DNA of 64,000 nucleotides from a virus (Duplodnaviria; Heunggongvirae; Uroviricota; Caudoviricetes): IMG/VR virus record IMGVR_UViG_3300037488_002392; one strand, 5' to 3'. Shown piece by piece: positions 56,128 to 64,000 of this stretch (position 1 is its first letter; each line of letters starts with the position of its first letter). The notes under the pieces were generated by a model. It saw only the letters and a program-made list of their open reading frames with translations, ran no database searches and was not told where the DNA came from. The position numbers and the translations under genes were made by a program.

Positions 56128-56895
56128 ATGCAGGAACCATTTGTAGTATTTAGACCAGGACAAGCTGTTAATTTCGGCAAAGACCCTGGTGCTGTTGCGA
56201 CTGCTATTAAAAAAGGCAGGGATAATAAACCAGAGGTATGGGTATGGAAGCCAGAGGTTTTCAATCAGCATATATATGAGCATGAGAAATATCATATTGC
56301 AAAAGAAAAAGGATATAACAAACGAGTAAAGACTATTAATGATATGTTGGCTGAGGAAATCAGGGCGGAGAGACATGCTAATAAAAAGATTTACGGCAAA
56401 GATGATTTAACGGCATCACAGTCTAGCAATTTTATAACTAGGCTCTACACCATGTATGGAGAAGCAAATCCTGAATTGAGCAAAACGCATCCGTTCAATA
56501 AATATTTGAAACATGGAGTATCGGGAGGAATATTTGAGGACACGTTAGGCATGAGACCGTCCGAGATCAAGAAGGGAGCCAATGTGTTGGGGACTGGTTG
56601 GGATATGACATATGATTATGGGGTTAAGGTTAAGAACTACCAGACAGGCGAAGAGAGGGATTTAGTTATAGCTAGTAGGTCAAAGAATATAGATGATGCC
56701 AAGGCAAATATACGTGATTCTGTAGAAGAAGGTAGAGGAATTAACGGCGAAAAAGATTGGTATGTCCAAAAGATAGATAGGCTTGCCAAAGTTGCCCCCA
56801 ATCCTAGTTGGGGAATAGGTAGTAAACGTACAAATGGTAAGTGGGCAAAGGCAAAAAATGGCAAAATCAATCAAAGAGCAAGTAGAATTTGGTAA
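56128..56895 (+). CDS. Hypothetical basic protein with a possible HExxH motif (YEHEKYHIAKE).
   Basis: ORF of 255 aa. A peptidase assignment is speculative. Confidence 0.45.
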   Translation: MQEPFVVFRPGQAVNFGKDPGAVATAIKKGRDNKPEVWVWKPEVFNQHIYEHEKYHIAKEKGYNKRVKTINDMLAEEIRAERHANKKIYGKDDLTASQSSNFITRLYTMYGEANPELSKTHPFNKYLKHGVSGGIFEDTLGMRPSEIKKGANVLGTGWDMTYDYGVKVKNYQTGEERDLVIASRSKNIDDAKANIRDSVEEGRGINGEKDWYVQKIDRLAKVAPNPSWGIGSKRTNGKWAKAKNGKINQRASRIW

Positions 56896-56907
56896 AGGAA
56901 TAATAAA

Positions 56908-57363
56908 ATGAGCACGGAATATTACGCAGTGCCCAAGGATGCAGTAAAGGTTAGTAAAATAAAAACTGACGTAAAATCAGGCGTATTTGGTGATTGGACT
57001 CTTGAACCTATGGATATCGGCAGCGGCTATTGTATCGGGGATAGTAAAGGGAATTCTCTATGTTTTGGAAACTGGGGGAATGTATTAACCTTTGTGGTAT
57101 ATGCAGGGAGTGGTCAGGGGGAATCAATTTTAGCCAAATTGATGAAGCATTATAAATTCAAGGTTAAACCAGAGAAACAGTCAGACCAAGATGAGGAATA
57201 TGAATACGATGCAAATGAGATAGGGGGGACTTATGATTCTGTAGCGGGTGATGGCAAAGCCCACGTTATGCCTGTTGCCTTTAGGGATGCATATTTGGGG
57301 AAAAGTGGCACGTGGGGGAACAAACGTAAGAAAGGTCATAGCAAAGTAAGTAGGATAGTTTAA
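56908..57363 (+). CDS. Hypothetical protein, paralog of 55617..56126.
   Basis: AVKVSKIKTDVKSG...SKVSRIV. Confidence 0.6.
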   Translation: MSTEYYAVPKDAVKVSKIKTDVKSGVFGDWTLEPMDIGSGYCIGDSKGNSLCFGNWGNVLTFVVYAGSGQGESILAKLMKHYKFKVKPEKQSDQDEEYEYDANEIGGTYDSVAGDGKAHVMPVAFRDAYLGKSGTWGNKRKKGHSKVSRIV

Positions 57364-57579
57364 GTGAAGAAAAGGAAGAACCCATCCCAGGGAGCATTTG
57401 AACTTGGAGTTCCTAAACAGAAACTCAAGTATACTGAGCATGGATATTTAAAGGATATAAGAACAAAAGATTTAGCGGATAAAATGAAAAGGGATTTCCA
57501 AAAGGATGGCTACGAAGTTAAATTACAAAGTTATGTGATTGCCCATCAGAAATGGTGGCGAATAAGTTTTAAAAGGTAA
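57364..57579 (+). CDS. Small basic protein (GTG start).
   Basis: ORF only. No clear SD. Confidence 0.35.
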   Translation: MKKRKNPSQGAFELGVPKQKLKYTEHGYLKDIRTKDLADKMKRDFQKDGYEVKLQSYVIAHQKWWRISFKR

Positions 57580-57594
57580 AAAAGGAGAATTGAT

Positions 57595-57747
57595 ATGAAA
57601 TGTTTTATGTGTGGTAAAGAAATAAAAACAAAGAGTTCAGAAGCTTTTAGGCGGGGTCATCATATACATCTTGGATGCGAAGTAAGGTCGGCAAATTCAT
57701 TATGGAATGGCAAAGGAAGCAATATTAAAAAGAAAAGGAGTAAGTAA
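57595..57747 (+). CDS. Cys/His small basic protein of 50 aa.
   Basis: AAAAGGAGAATTGATATG. CFMC...HHIHLGC. Confidence 0.5.
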   Translation: MKCFMCGKEIKTKSSEAFRRGHHIHLGCEVRSANSLWNGKGSNIKKKRSK

Positions 57748-58047
57748 ATGAGCCAAATAAAGCGAGTTGCACAAAACACGGGTAAATCCAAGAAAGCTGT
57801 ACGTACTGGATTGAAATCCTATCAGAAATCCCGTAAATCAATGTTGCGTTCCATAGATAAGAAACGAAGCGGCGGGTGGGCAGAAGAAAAGGGGAAAGCA
57901 ACTCGCTGGGGTTTCCATATTCCTGGGAATGCCTATTCATATAAAACCAATGGTAGATATACAAGCAAAAAAGCTGCTACGGAAGCTATAAAAGAATCAT
58001 ATAAAATAAAGAGATTGCCTAAAGGCTTTGAGATTTGGAAAGATTAA
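57748..58047 (+). CDS. Small basic protein.
   Basis: AAAAGGAGTAAGTAAATG. Confidence 0.6.
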   Translation: MSQIKRVAQNTGKSKKAVRTGLKSYQKSRKSMLRSIDKKRSGGWAEEKGKATRWGFHIPGNAYSYKTNGRYTSKKAATEAIKESYKIKRLPKGFEIWKD

Positions 58048-58063
58048 ATAAAGGAGAATAGAG

Positions 58064-58384
58064 ATGATAAAGAAAAGGAAATGTGCAACAAAGAAAGGCA
58101 AGTGGGCAGTAAAGACTAAATCTAAATTTCCTTCATACATGGGTAGATTCAAGACGAAGAAGGAGGCTGAGGCACGAGCCAAACAGAGGAAAAAGTATGG
58201 TTATGAGCATAAAATTGTAAAAGCTGATACTGTATTTGAGGGTAAAACATATAGAGGATATACATTGAAGGAAACCCAAAGACCAGTACGTCATACATAT
58301 TGGGGAGAGTCGCATTTTGCTGAATCTCCATCAGCTTATGTGGCACGTATGAAAAAGAAAGGAATCAGGGCATATAAAAAGTAG
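58064..58384 (+). CDS. Small basic protein (MIKKRKCATKKGKWA family).
   Basis: AAAGGAGAATAGAGATG. Family B N-terminus. Confidence 0.6.
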   Translation: MIKKRKCATKKGKWAVKTKSKFPSYMGRFKTKKEAEARAKQRKKYGYEHKIVKADTVFEGKTYRGYTLKETQRPVRHTYWGESHFAESPSAYVARMKKKGIRAYKK

Positions 58385-58399
58385 AGAAGGGGTAATGTA

Positions 58400-58624
58400 A
58401 TGATTAAGAAGAAGAATGTGGTTCGCAAACCAGTTCGCAGCAGGAAGGGTCGTTGGGATAATAAAGAACGTTATAATCCGTATGGAAAACGCTGCAAGAC
58501 GTGTGGTAAGACGTTCTATGACTACTCAATAGTTACAGGCAAAAGAGAGCAAGTGAATTGTGGTAAGTGTAGGGAAAATGCGTGTATCAAGAGAACTGGA
58601 CACAAACCTAATCAGTATAGATAG
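58400..58624 (+). CDS. Zinc-ribbon small basic protein.
   Basis: CKTCGK...CGKCREN.C. Confidence 0.55.
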   Translation: MIKKKNVVRKPVRSRKGRWDNKERYNPYGKRCKTCGKTFYDYSIVTGKREQVNCGKCRENACIKRTGHKPNQYR

Positions 58625-58653
58625 TAGAATAGATATATAGGAGAATGAATAGA

Positions 58654-58935
58654 ATGTTAAAGAAAAAGAAATGTGCAACAAAGAAGGCTGGGTGGGCAAT
58701 AGAATATCCAGGCAGGTGGGGAACAGATAGAGACAGAAAAGATAAATTGATAGTTGGTGACGCTAAAATGAAGTTGGTTAAAAAGCTTAACCATGCTAAA
58801 TCACCTAAAGGTGTAGAGTTAGCAGCCAAGCAATACCATTCAGTGATAAATAAGGCATTCAAAGGAAGGAAGAAGCCTTATTACACAACGTATTATACGG
58901 AGTTTACAAATGGTAGGGGCAGTAAGCCAATATAA
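58654..58935 (+). CDS. Small basic protein (MLKKKKCATKKAGWA family).
   Basis: TAGGAG SD 10 nt upstream. Family B. Confidence 0.55.
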   Translation: MLKKKKCATKKAGWAIEYPGRWGTDRDRKDKLIVGDAKMKLVKKLNHAKSPKGVELAAKQYHSVINKAFKGRKKPYYTTYYTEFTNGRGSKPI

Positions 58936-58950
58936 TGAAGGAGTGATGAA

Positions 58951-59208
58951 ATGTTAAAGAAAAAGAAATGTGCAACAAAACGTGGTAAGTGGTCAGCGGA
59001 ATATAAAGTAAAACTATCCGTTAACCCTGTAAAGAGGAAGAAGAAGGGAAGTTGGGGAACAGACGATGATAAGGGTCATGCTTGGAAAGTAGTGATTGCT
59101 GGCAAAGATTCGGGTATAGTTGAAAGCAATTATCCTTATGCATCAAAGTATTGGGAGAAGCGAGCCAAGATACTTAATAAGAAAATAAAATTACAGAAGA
59201 TTTGGTAG
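58951..59208 (+). CDS. Small basic protein (MLKKKKCATKRGKWS family).
   Basis: Family B. KKGSWGTDDD motif. Confidence 0.6.
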   Translation: MLKKKKCATKRGKWSAEYKVKLSVNPVKRKKKGSWGTDDDKGHAWKVVIAGKDSGIVESNYPYASKYWEKRAKILNKKIKLQKIW

Positions 59209-59209
59209 A

Positions 59210-59491
59210 ATGAAAACAGGCACTGGCAAATATAGGGAATCCTATGAAAAGAGGGCAAAGCTAATGAATATGCTCAAGCCCTATGGTATATCAAAGTATC
59301 AACTACAGGCTTTACATAATCCCGCAAAAGGTACCGTGAAGATGCATAAAGCCCGTAGGGGAGACACTCATGTTGTGCCCCTTTTCGTATCATTTAATAA
59401 AGCCAAGGTATTTGAATATAGAGGAAGGCTCTATGATGCAAGTAAAATGCCTGCTTCAAAGAGAAGCCAGATAATGAGGTTAATGGAATGA
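59210..59491 (+). CDS. Small basic protein.
   Basis: ORF adjacent to the previous stop. Confidence 0.5.
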   Translation: MKTGTGKYRESYEKRAKLMNMLKPYGISKYQLQALHNPAKGTVKMHKARRGDTHVVPLFVSFNKAKVFEYRGRLYDASKMPASKRSQIMRLME

Positions 59492-59808
59492 AGTTACACA
59501 TAAAAAAAGAATATTTTAAGAACATTAGGAGGGGTAAAGAGCCATGCAAATATGTTGCTACACAACCCCAAGGGGTGAACTCCGATGTCTATGCTACTAT
59601 CAAGCTCGACCCAATCCTCAGAAAAAAGAAGTTAAAACCGATATTAAAAGGAATGTTGAAACACGAGAAAGTCGAGATAACAAGATGGGGGAAGGGTGAT
59701 AGGTACAGTCACAGAGACGCTGAAAAGCAGGAGCCAGCGATTACTCGTGATAAAATCAAAAATGTGAGCGGATTTTGGAAATATTGTAAAGATAAGGGTA
59801 TCAAGTAG
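59488..59808 (+). CDS. Small basic protein.
   Basis: ATGA overlap with the previous gene. Confidence 0.5.
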   Translation: MKLHIKKEYFKNIRRGKEPCKYVATQPQGVNSDVYATIKLDPILRKKKLKPILKGMLKHEKVEITRWGKGDRYSHRDAEKQEPAITRDKIKNVSGFWKYCKDKGIK

Positions 59809-59830
59809 TAATATAATAAGGAGAATTGAA

Positions 59831-60010
59831 ATGACTGATTTTAAAAAGTTGGTACTGGGCAATGCAGGCAAAAAGAGGGAGCCGAATCCTTTGAAGAAGG
59901 GTAAGCGCAAGAAGAAGGGTGCTTGGGGAACTCCAGAAGAGGAGGGCATGCCCCGCAAGAAGAAGCCCTCTGAAGGCAATCTCTACGTAGATGTCTCAAA
60001 TTGGTTCTGA
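59831..60010 (+). CDS. Small basic protein of 59 aa (KKGAWGTPEEEG motif).
   Basis: AAGGAGAATTGAAATG. Confidence 0.5.
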   Translation: MTDFKKLVLGNAGKKREPNPLKKGKRKKKGAWGTPEEEGMPRKKKPSEGNLYVDVSNWF

Positions 60011-60101
60011 TTTGATAGTAAAGTCGTTTCGTTAGGCGGCTTTTTACTGGCGGGGGGCGGTAAGATTTGCAATGCTTGTCATAATGTGTTAATATTGGTT
60101 T

Positions 60102-60413
60102 ATGGGAATGTTGAGAGGAAGATTAGGATATTTCATCTTTGGTTCTATAAATAAAAAAGTTTGTTGTTTAGGGCCGTTCAGGTCTGATAACGAGGCGCAA
60201 ACAGCAGCAAACAAGATTACGGACTGGGATGGGGGCTGTGCTGAGGTAGAGAAATGGATGACCACAGATATCGCACGGGCAAAACAAATGCATAAAGCTA
60301 AAATGGCACAGTCTTCTGGTCAATTAGGCATGAGTTTGCAACCTATTCGTAATATGAATAGCAAGAAAACTTCACGATTAGAACAAATTAAAGAGAGCAG
60401 AGGGATAGAGTAG
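60102..60413 (+). CDS. Hypothetical protein.
   Basis: ORF of 103 aa. A possible TTGCAA-N17-TAATAT promoter lies upstream (60070-60100). Confidence 0.45.
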   Translation: MGMLRGRLGYFIFGSINKKVCCLGPFRSDNEAQTAANKITDWDGGCAEVEKWMTTDIARAKQMHKAKMAQSSGQLGMSLQPIRNMNSKKTSRLEQIKESRGIE

Positions 60414-60418
60414 GCGGA

Positions 60419-62011
60419 ATGAAGAAATACAATCGTAAAGATATTGATAATATAGAATTATGTCATGAGTATTGGGATTTTAATGTACCTACTTCGGAGT
60501 TAGGCAGGAAGTATCATTGTAGCCCTGAGACTGTTGCTAATAGGTTGCGTGATATGGGAGTTGGAGTGAGAAGTAATGGTGATTCACATAAAGGTATGCC
60601 AAGTATAGATAAACTAACAGCCCGCAGGGAAAAGTATTATCCTAATATAAAGAAATTATATGAGATTGATAAACAATGGTTAGAGGATAGATATATAAAG
60701 GATGGATGGAGTTTAACTATGTTAGGTGAAGAGATTGGATGTGCAGATGTAACTATTAAGAAGAGGTTGAGGTCATTGGGGATAACTGTTCGTAATATAA
60801 GCGAAGCTAAGAAAGGTAGGAAACTCTCTACTGAAGCGTTGGATAGCTGTCGGGAGAAACGGTTATTGCTTCCTAGTAAGCAACAATTCAAAATGACTAA
60901 AGATGAACTCATAGAGAAATACGTAGTACAGAATAAAAGTATGTCAGATATCGCTCAGGAATATGGTTGTAGTTACGGTTTGATTAGCCAAAGATTAGTA
61001 AAGTTTGATATTCCAAGTCGTAATGGTGCAGATGCCCATAAAACTGTTAGTTACAATAATAAGATTAGCCAAGTATGGGTTGGTAAAAGGGGCGAGGATT
61101 ACTATAAATTACCCGAAGGAAAACCAGAAGTTGGTCAATTGGTTGATGGGAAAGAAATTGGCAAAATGTTTGCGCATATGTGGCATACGTGTCCTGATTG
61201 TGGAGCAGAAAGATGGGTTTCAGTGAATAACCTAAAGAATTCTAAGACTGGCGGATTATGTATTAAATGCACACCCAAAGATGAGAAAGTTAGGAAAAAG
61301 TTTACAGATGGGTTGAATAGAAGATATGAAGACCCAAAGGAAAGGATGAAGACTATCGAAGCTTCTAAGAAGATGTGGGCGAGTGATGATGAAGCAAGGG
61401 AGAAGCACGGTGATTTCTTGAGGGAGATGCTTAAAAGACCAGACGTGAAGGCAAAACAAAGTCATCATAGCCATTTGTTTTGGGATGACCCTATTTTAGG
61501 AGAAGAACGTAGGAAAGCTAATGGGGATAGACTTAGCAGGATAGTCAAAGACTTGTGGGAAAATCCTGAACAGCGTGAACAGTTAATTGAGATGCAGCGT
61601 AATTTGTGGGCAGACCCTGAGTATAAGGATAAGCAGGTGAAAGCTATGAGGGAAGGTGCCAAAGCCCGTCCCACTAAGCCCGAAATAGCTGTAATTGATA
61701 TTCTGAATAATTTATATCCTAATGAATGGAAATATGTGGGGGATGGGGCAATTATAATTGAAGGCAGAAACCCTGATATTATAAATGTTAATGGGAAGAA
61801 GGCAATTGTCGAGGTGTTTGGTGATTATTGGCATGGTTTTAAACATACTAAGGAATGTCTGTTATTACATGAGTTAGACCGTATGGATATATATGCCAAA
61901 TACGGTTATAAGACCTTAATATTATGGGAGCATGAATTAAAGGATGAGGGTAGCGCAGTTAAGAAAATAAAAGAATTTTGTGCTATAATGGGTTTACATA
62001 ATGAAATTTAA
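60419..62011 (+). CDS. Homing-endonuclease-like protein with repeated HTH DNA-binding modules, NUMOD3-like repeats and a C-terminal Vsr/EDxHD-like nuclease. Paralog 3.
   Basis: Three tandem HTH-like modules (..SLTMLGEEIGCADVTIKKRLRSLGI.. / ..SMSDIAQEYGCSYGLISQRLVKFDI..). C-terminal LYPNEWKYVGDGAIIIEG...VEVFGDYWHG...YGYKTLILWEHE. Confidence 0.6.
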   Translation: MKKYNRKDIDNIELCHEYWDFNVPTSELGRKYHCSPETVANRLRDMGVGVRSNGDSHKGMPSIDKLTARREKYYPNIKKLYEIDKQWLEDRYIKDGWSLTMLGEEIGCADVTIKKRLRSLGITVRNISEAKKGRKLSTEALDSCREKRLLLPSKQQFKMTKDELIEKYVVQNKSMSDIAQEYGCSYGLISQRLVKFDIPSRNGADAHKTVSYNNKISQVWVGKRGEDYYKLPEGKPEVGQLVDGKEIGKMFAHMWHTCPDCGAERWVSVNNLKNSKTGGLCIKCTPKDEKVRKKFTDGLNRRYEDPKERMKTIEASKKMWASDDEAREKHGDFLREMLKRPDVKAKQSHHSHLFWDDPILGEERRKANGDRLSRIVKDLWENPEQREQLIEMQRNLWADPEYKDKQVKAMREGAKARPTKPEIAVIDILNNLYPNEWKYVGDGAIIIEGRNPDIINVNGKKAIVEVFGDYWHGFKHTKECLLLHELDRMDIYAKYGYKTLILWEHELKDEGSAVKKIKEFCAIMGLHNEI

Positions 62012-62227
62012 GTTAGTCTTTGAAACAACTAAAAAGGAAAGATTCAATAAGTATAGGTCTGTAAATACTTTAGGGGAGGCTTGGGACATTGCCGATAGTA
62101 TCAAGAAAGAGTATAATAATTCACATAAGGACAAAGTTTCAGTGGTTGGTGTCTACAGGAACCATTGATAAATATGCTTTTGTATGAAGCAAAGAAGGGA
62201 GAAATTATTAAAAGAGGACGAGAATAG

Positions 62228-62902
62228 ATGCGACAGAGTTTGAATGCGCCAGATGAAGAAATGCTGGAACATCCCGATGGTTGTATGTGCGAGGAGTGCA
62301 GGATAGAGCGGGGTGAAATTCCTCCCAAGAAGAAGCCAGGAAGACCTAGGCAGGCTAATCCCCAAAATGCTAATCCTCAGCAAGACCGTAGTAGGTTCCT
62401 GACACAACCAGTAGAGCCTCCCCGTGATGCACATGCTTTGTATGAATATGAAAGGGGGGAATTAAGAAGGTGTCATCTTTGTGGAGAAAATCCTGGGCAA
62501 CACTTAAATTTCAGCGCAGATGAGGTTTGGTTTGCAACACTTGAAGATAGGGCACGCCATATATTAGAATGCCATACAGATGAAGCAGACCCCATAGTTA
62601 AACGTGAGAGGCAGAGGTCAAAAGAGATATTGGGGATTGCAGAGATATGGAATTCACATTCTTACGGTAAACAGGTCAACTTCAAGAAAGGAACAAGAGA
62701 AGAGTATATGGCTCCCGTCTCTCCGATGCAACAGCAATCACAGAGTCCCTTGGCATCGTTATTCAAGAAGAAGGAACCCAAGATGATGGGTCAATCGCAG
62801 GGCAATTGGTTCTCAAGGAATAAACTTATTACGGCAGTGCTTGTTGTTGTGGCATTATACGGCTTATATTATTTGTATTTACTATCGCAGGGGTATGAAT
62901 AG
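62228..62902 (+). CDS. Zn-finger protein with a C-terminal TM anchor.
   Basis: CMCEEC...CHLCGE. Q-rich linker. C-terminal hydrophobic helix (LITAVLVVVALYGLYYLYLL). Confidence 0.55.
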   Translation: MRQSLNAPDEEMLEHPDGCMCEECRIERGEIPPKKKPGRPRQANPQNANPQQDRSRFLTQPVEPPRDAHALYEYERGELRRCHLCGENPGQHLNFSADEVWFATLEDRARHILECHTDEADPIVKRERQRSKEILGIAEIWNSHSYGKQVNFKKGTREEYMAPVSPMQQQSQSPLASLFKKKEPKMMGQSQGNWFSRNKLITAVLVVVALYGLYYLYLLSQGYE

Positions 62903-63498
62903 TGGATTTGTCAGTAGAAGGAATATTATCCGCTTTACCATACGCAATGGTAGTAGCCTTTGTTTATGGCATTTATGTTGCCATCATGAGGCAGAAGTAT
63001 TCTAGGGAAGCCGAAGGGTGCATATGGGGAGAGTTCTTCTGTAAGAATGGGCAATCATACGGAGCGTTATGCAAGGTGGACAAAGGCTGTGTCGATGCAC
63101 CCAAGGGACACGAAATCGGAACGTACTTTACTTCAAATGAATGTACCTATGACTTCCAGTATCCACCTGGGAAGATGAGGTTGATGCAAACGAGGATACG
63201 CAGGACAGTATGGTTAGAGAATAATCCTGTACCTCGTGTATCTACTGAACCTGACAAGTGGATAGAATCTGAGGATTTAGTTAAAATAACTAGTTATATG
63301 ATTGAAACAGCAGCCAATGAATCGTTTCAGAAGTCTGCAATGGAAATGCAGAAAACATTCTGGGGAGAGATATCATCGATTGCTAAGTTCGTGAAAAATG
63401 TTCCGTATATTTTATATATAGGCGTAGGTGCTTGTGCTATCTCAGCAATAGGCGCATACTTTGCTTATGCAGCGTATCAGATTATGTTATCAAGGTAA
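62902..63498 (+). CDS. Membrane protein with N- and C-terminal TM helices.
   Basis: ATGA overlap. TM helices at both ends. Cys-containing central domain. Confidence 0.55.
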   Translation: MDLSVEGILSALPYAMVVAFVYGIYVAIMRQKYSREAEGCIWGEFFCKNGQSYGALCKVDKGCVDAPKGHEIGTYFTSNECTYDFQYPPGKMRLMQTRIRRTVWLENNPVPRVSTEPDKWIESEDLVKITSYMIETAANESFQKSAMEMQKTFWGEISSIAKFVKNVPYILYIGVGACAISAIGAYFAYAAYQIMLSR

Positions 63499-63512
63499 AT
63501 AAGGAGAGGAAA

Positions 63513-63833
63513 ATGAAAAAGTGGTTTAGTGCAGCGTTATTCAGTTTCAGGTGGAAGAAAATGACAAAGTGGCAACGGGCAACACTCATAGCTAGCTTAG
63601 GGCTAATGCTTTTGTCGGCAGTATTACTATGTGTAAGGGGTTGGTATCCATTTAGCGAAGACAAGGCAATTTTACAAGATACGTTTGTATGGTTAGCCTT
63701 TTTAGTCTTCGTTTTTTCTGTTCCTGCCACGCAGTATGCAGAGCAAATTGATGGGAGGATTAGCCAAAAGTATCTCAGAGAGATGAATGAGATACGTGTT
63801 AGTTTAGGTAGAAAACCTTGGGGGGATATCTAA
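63513..63833 (+). CDS. Small membrane protein.
   Basis: AAGGAGAGGAAAATG. Two TM helices. Confidence 0.55.
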   Translation: MKKWFSAALFSFRWKKMTKWQRATLIASLGLMLLSAVLLCVRGWYPFSEDKAILQDTFVWLAFLVFVFSVPATQYAEQIDGRISQKYLREMNEIRVSLGRKPWGDI

Positions 63834-63834
63834 T

Positions 63835-64000
63835 ATGCCACCACGAAGACCTGAACCAGAACCAGAACCGCCTGACCAGAACATGGGCGGGGGCGGAGGA
63901 ATGATGGACGATGAGAGAATGCCCAAATCGGAGGCAGTCCGTTATCTGGGTATCGTTCCTAAAGATAATGATGAACTGATGGCACGCACAAGGCTTGCAC
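63835..64000 (+). CDS. Pro/Glu/Gly-rich protein, 3'-truncated at the window end.
   Basis: The ORF runs off the end of the window (MPPRRPEPEPEPPDQNMGGGGG...). Confidence 0.4.
   Translation, partial: MPPRRPEPEPEPPDQNMGGGGGMMDDERMPKSEAVRYLGIVPKDNDELMARTRLA

Noticed and set aside
47341-58862. Minus-strand ORFs scattered through the small basic gene array (for example 47341..47604, 47685..48014, 50505..50730, 52702..53115, 53540..53848, 56023..56376, 58608..58862).
   Set aside because: They are the antisense of densely packed plus-strand genes that each have strong SD sequences. Their translations are low-complexity F/L/S-rich, typical of the reverse complement of K/E-rich codons.

Overview
The window reads as a segment of a large dsDNA virus or mobile element of a prokaryote, most likely a bacteriophage or prophage. 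Supporting signals are AAGGAG-type ribosome-binding sites before almost every gene, three perfect sigma70-like TTGACA-N17-TATAAT/TATATT promoters, rho-independent terminators, dense gene packing, three homing-endonuclease-like genes and an HNH endonuclease. The region falls into four blocks.

(1) 1-8834, plus strand: two N-x-S/T-rich surface proteins built from FN3-like repeats with membrane anchors, a homing endonuclease, small membrane proteins and a transglutaminase-like peptidase.

(2) 8849-28975: a single uninterrupted 6708-aa ORF. It has a Pro/Gly-rich N-terminus, a three-fold internal super-repeat that carries three zincin-like HExxH modules, about 130-aa coiled-coil tandem repeats and a PEPRP/RGG low-complexity tail.

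(3) 28978-33726: a second homing endonuclease, a run of small membrane proteins and an SPFH/band-7 protein. From 33774 to 45865 a leftward (minus-strand) operon follows. It holds many short proteins, several Cys-rich Zn-finger proteins, a DUF932-like protein and two paralogous proteins that fuse a GHKL-type ATPase to a C-terminal HExxH (ImmA/IrrE-like) peptidase.

(4) 45866-47136 is a non-coding divergent control region with iterons, a GGTCGG motif cluster, a 21-bp tandem array and inverted repeats. It is a candidate origin or regulatory hub. It is followed from 47137 to 60010 by an array of about 43 very small, highly basic (Lys-rich) genes forming several paralog families. The window ends with a third homing endonuclease and a few membrane or Zn-finger genes.

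No rRNA, tRNA or CRISPR array was recognised.
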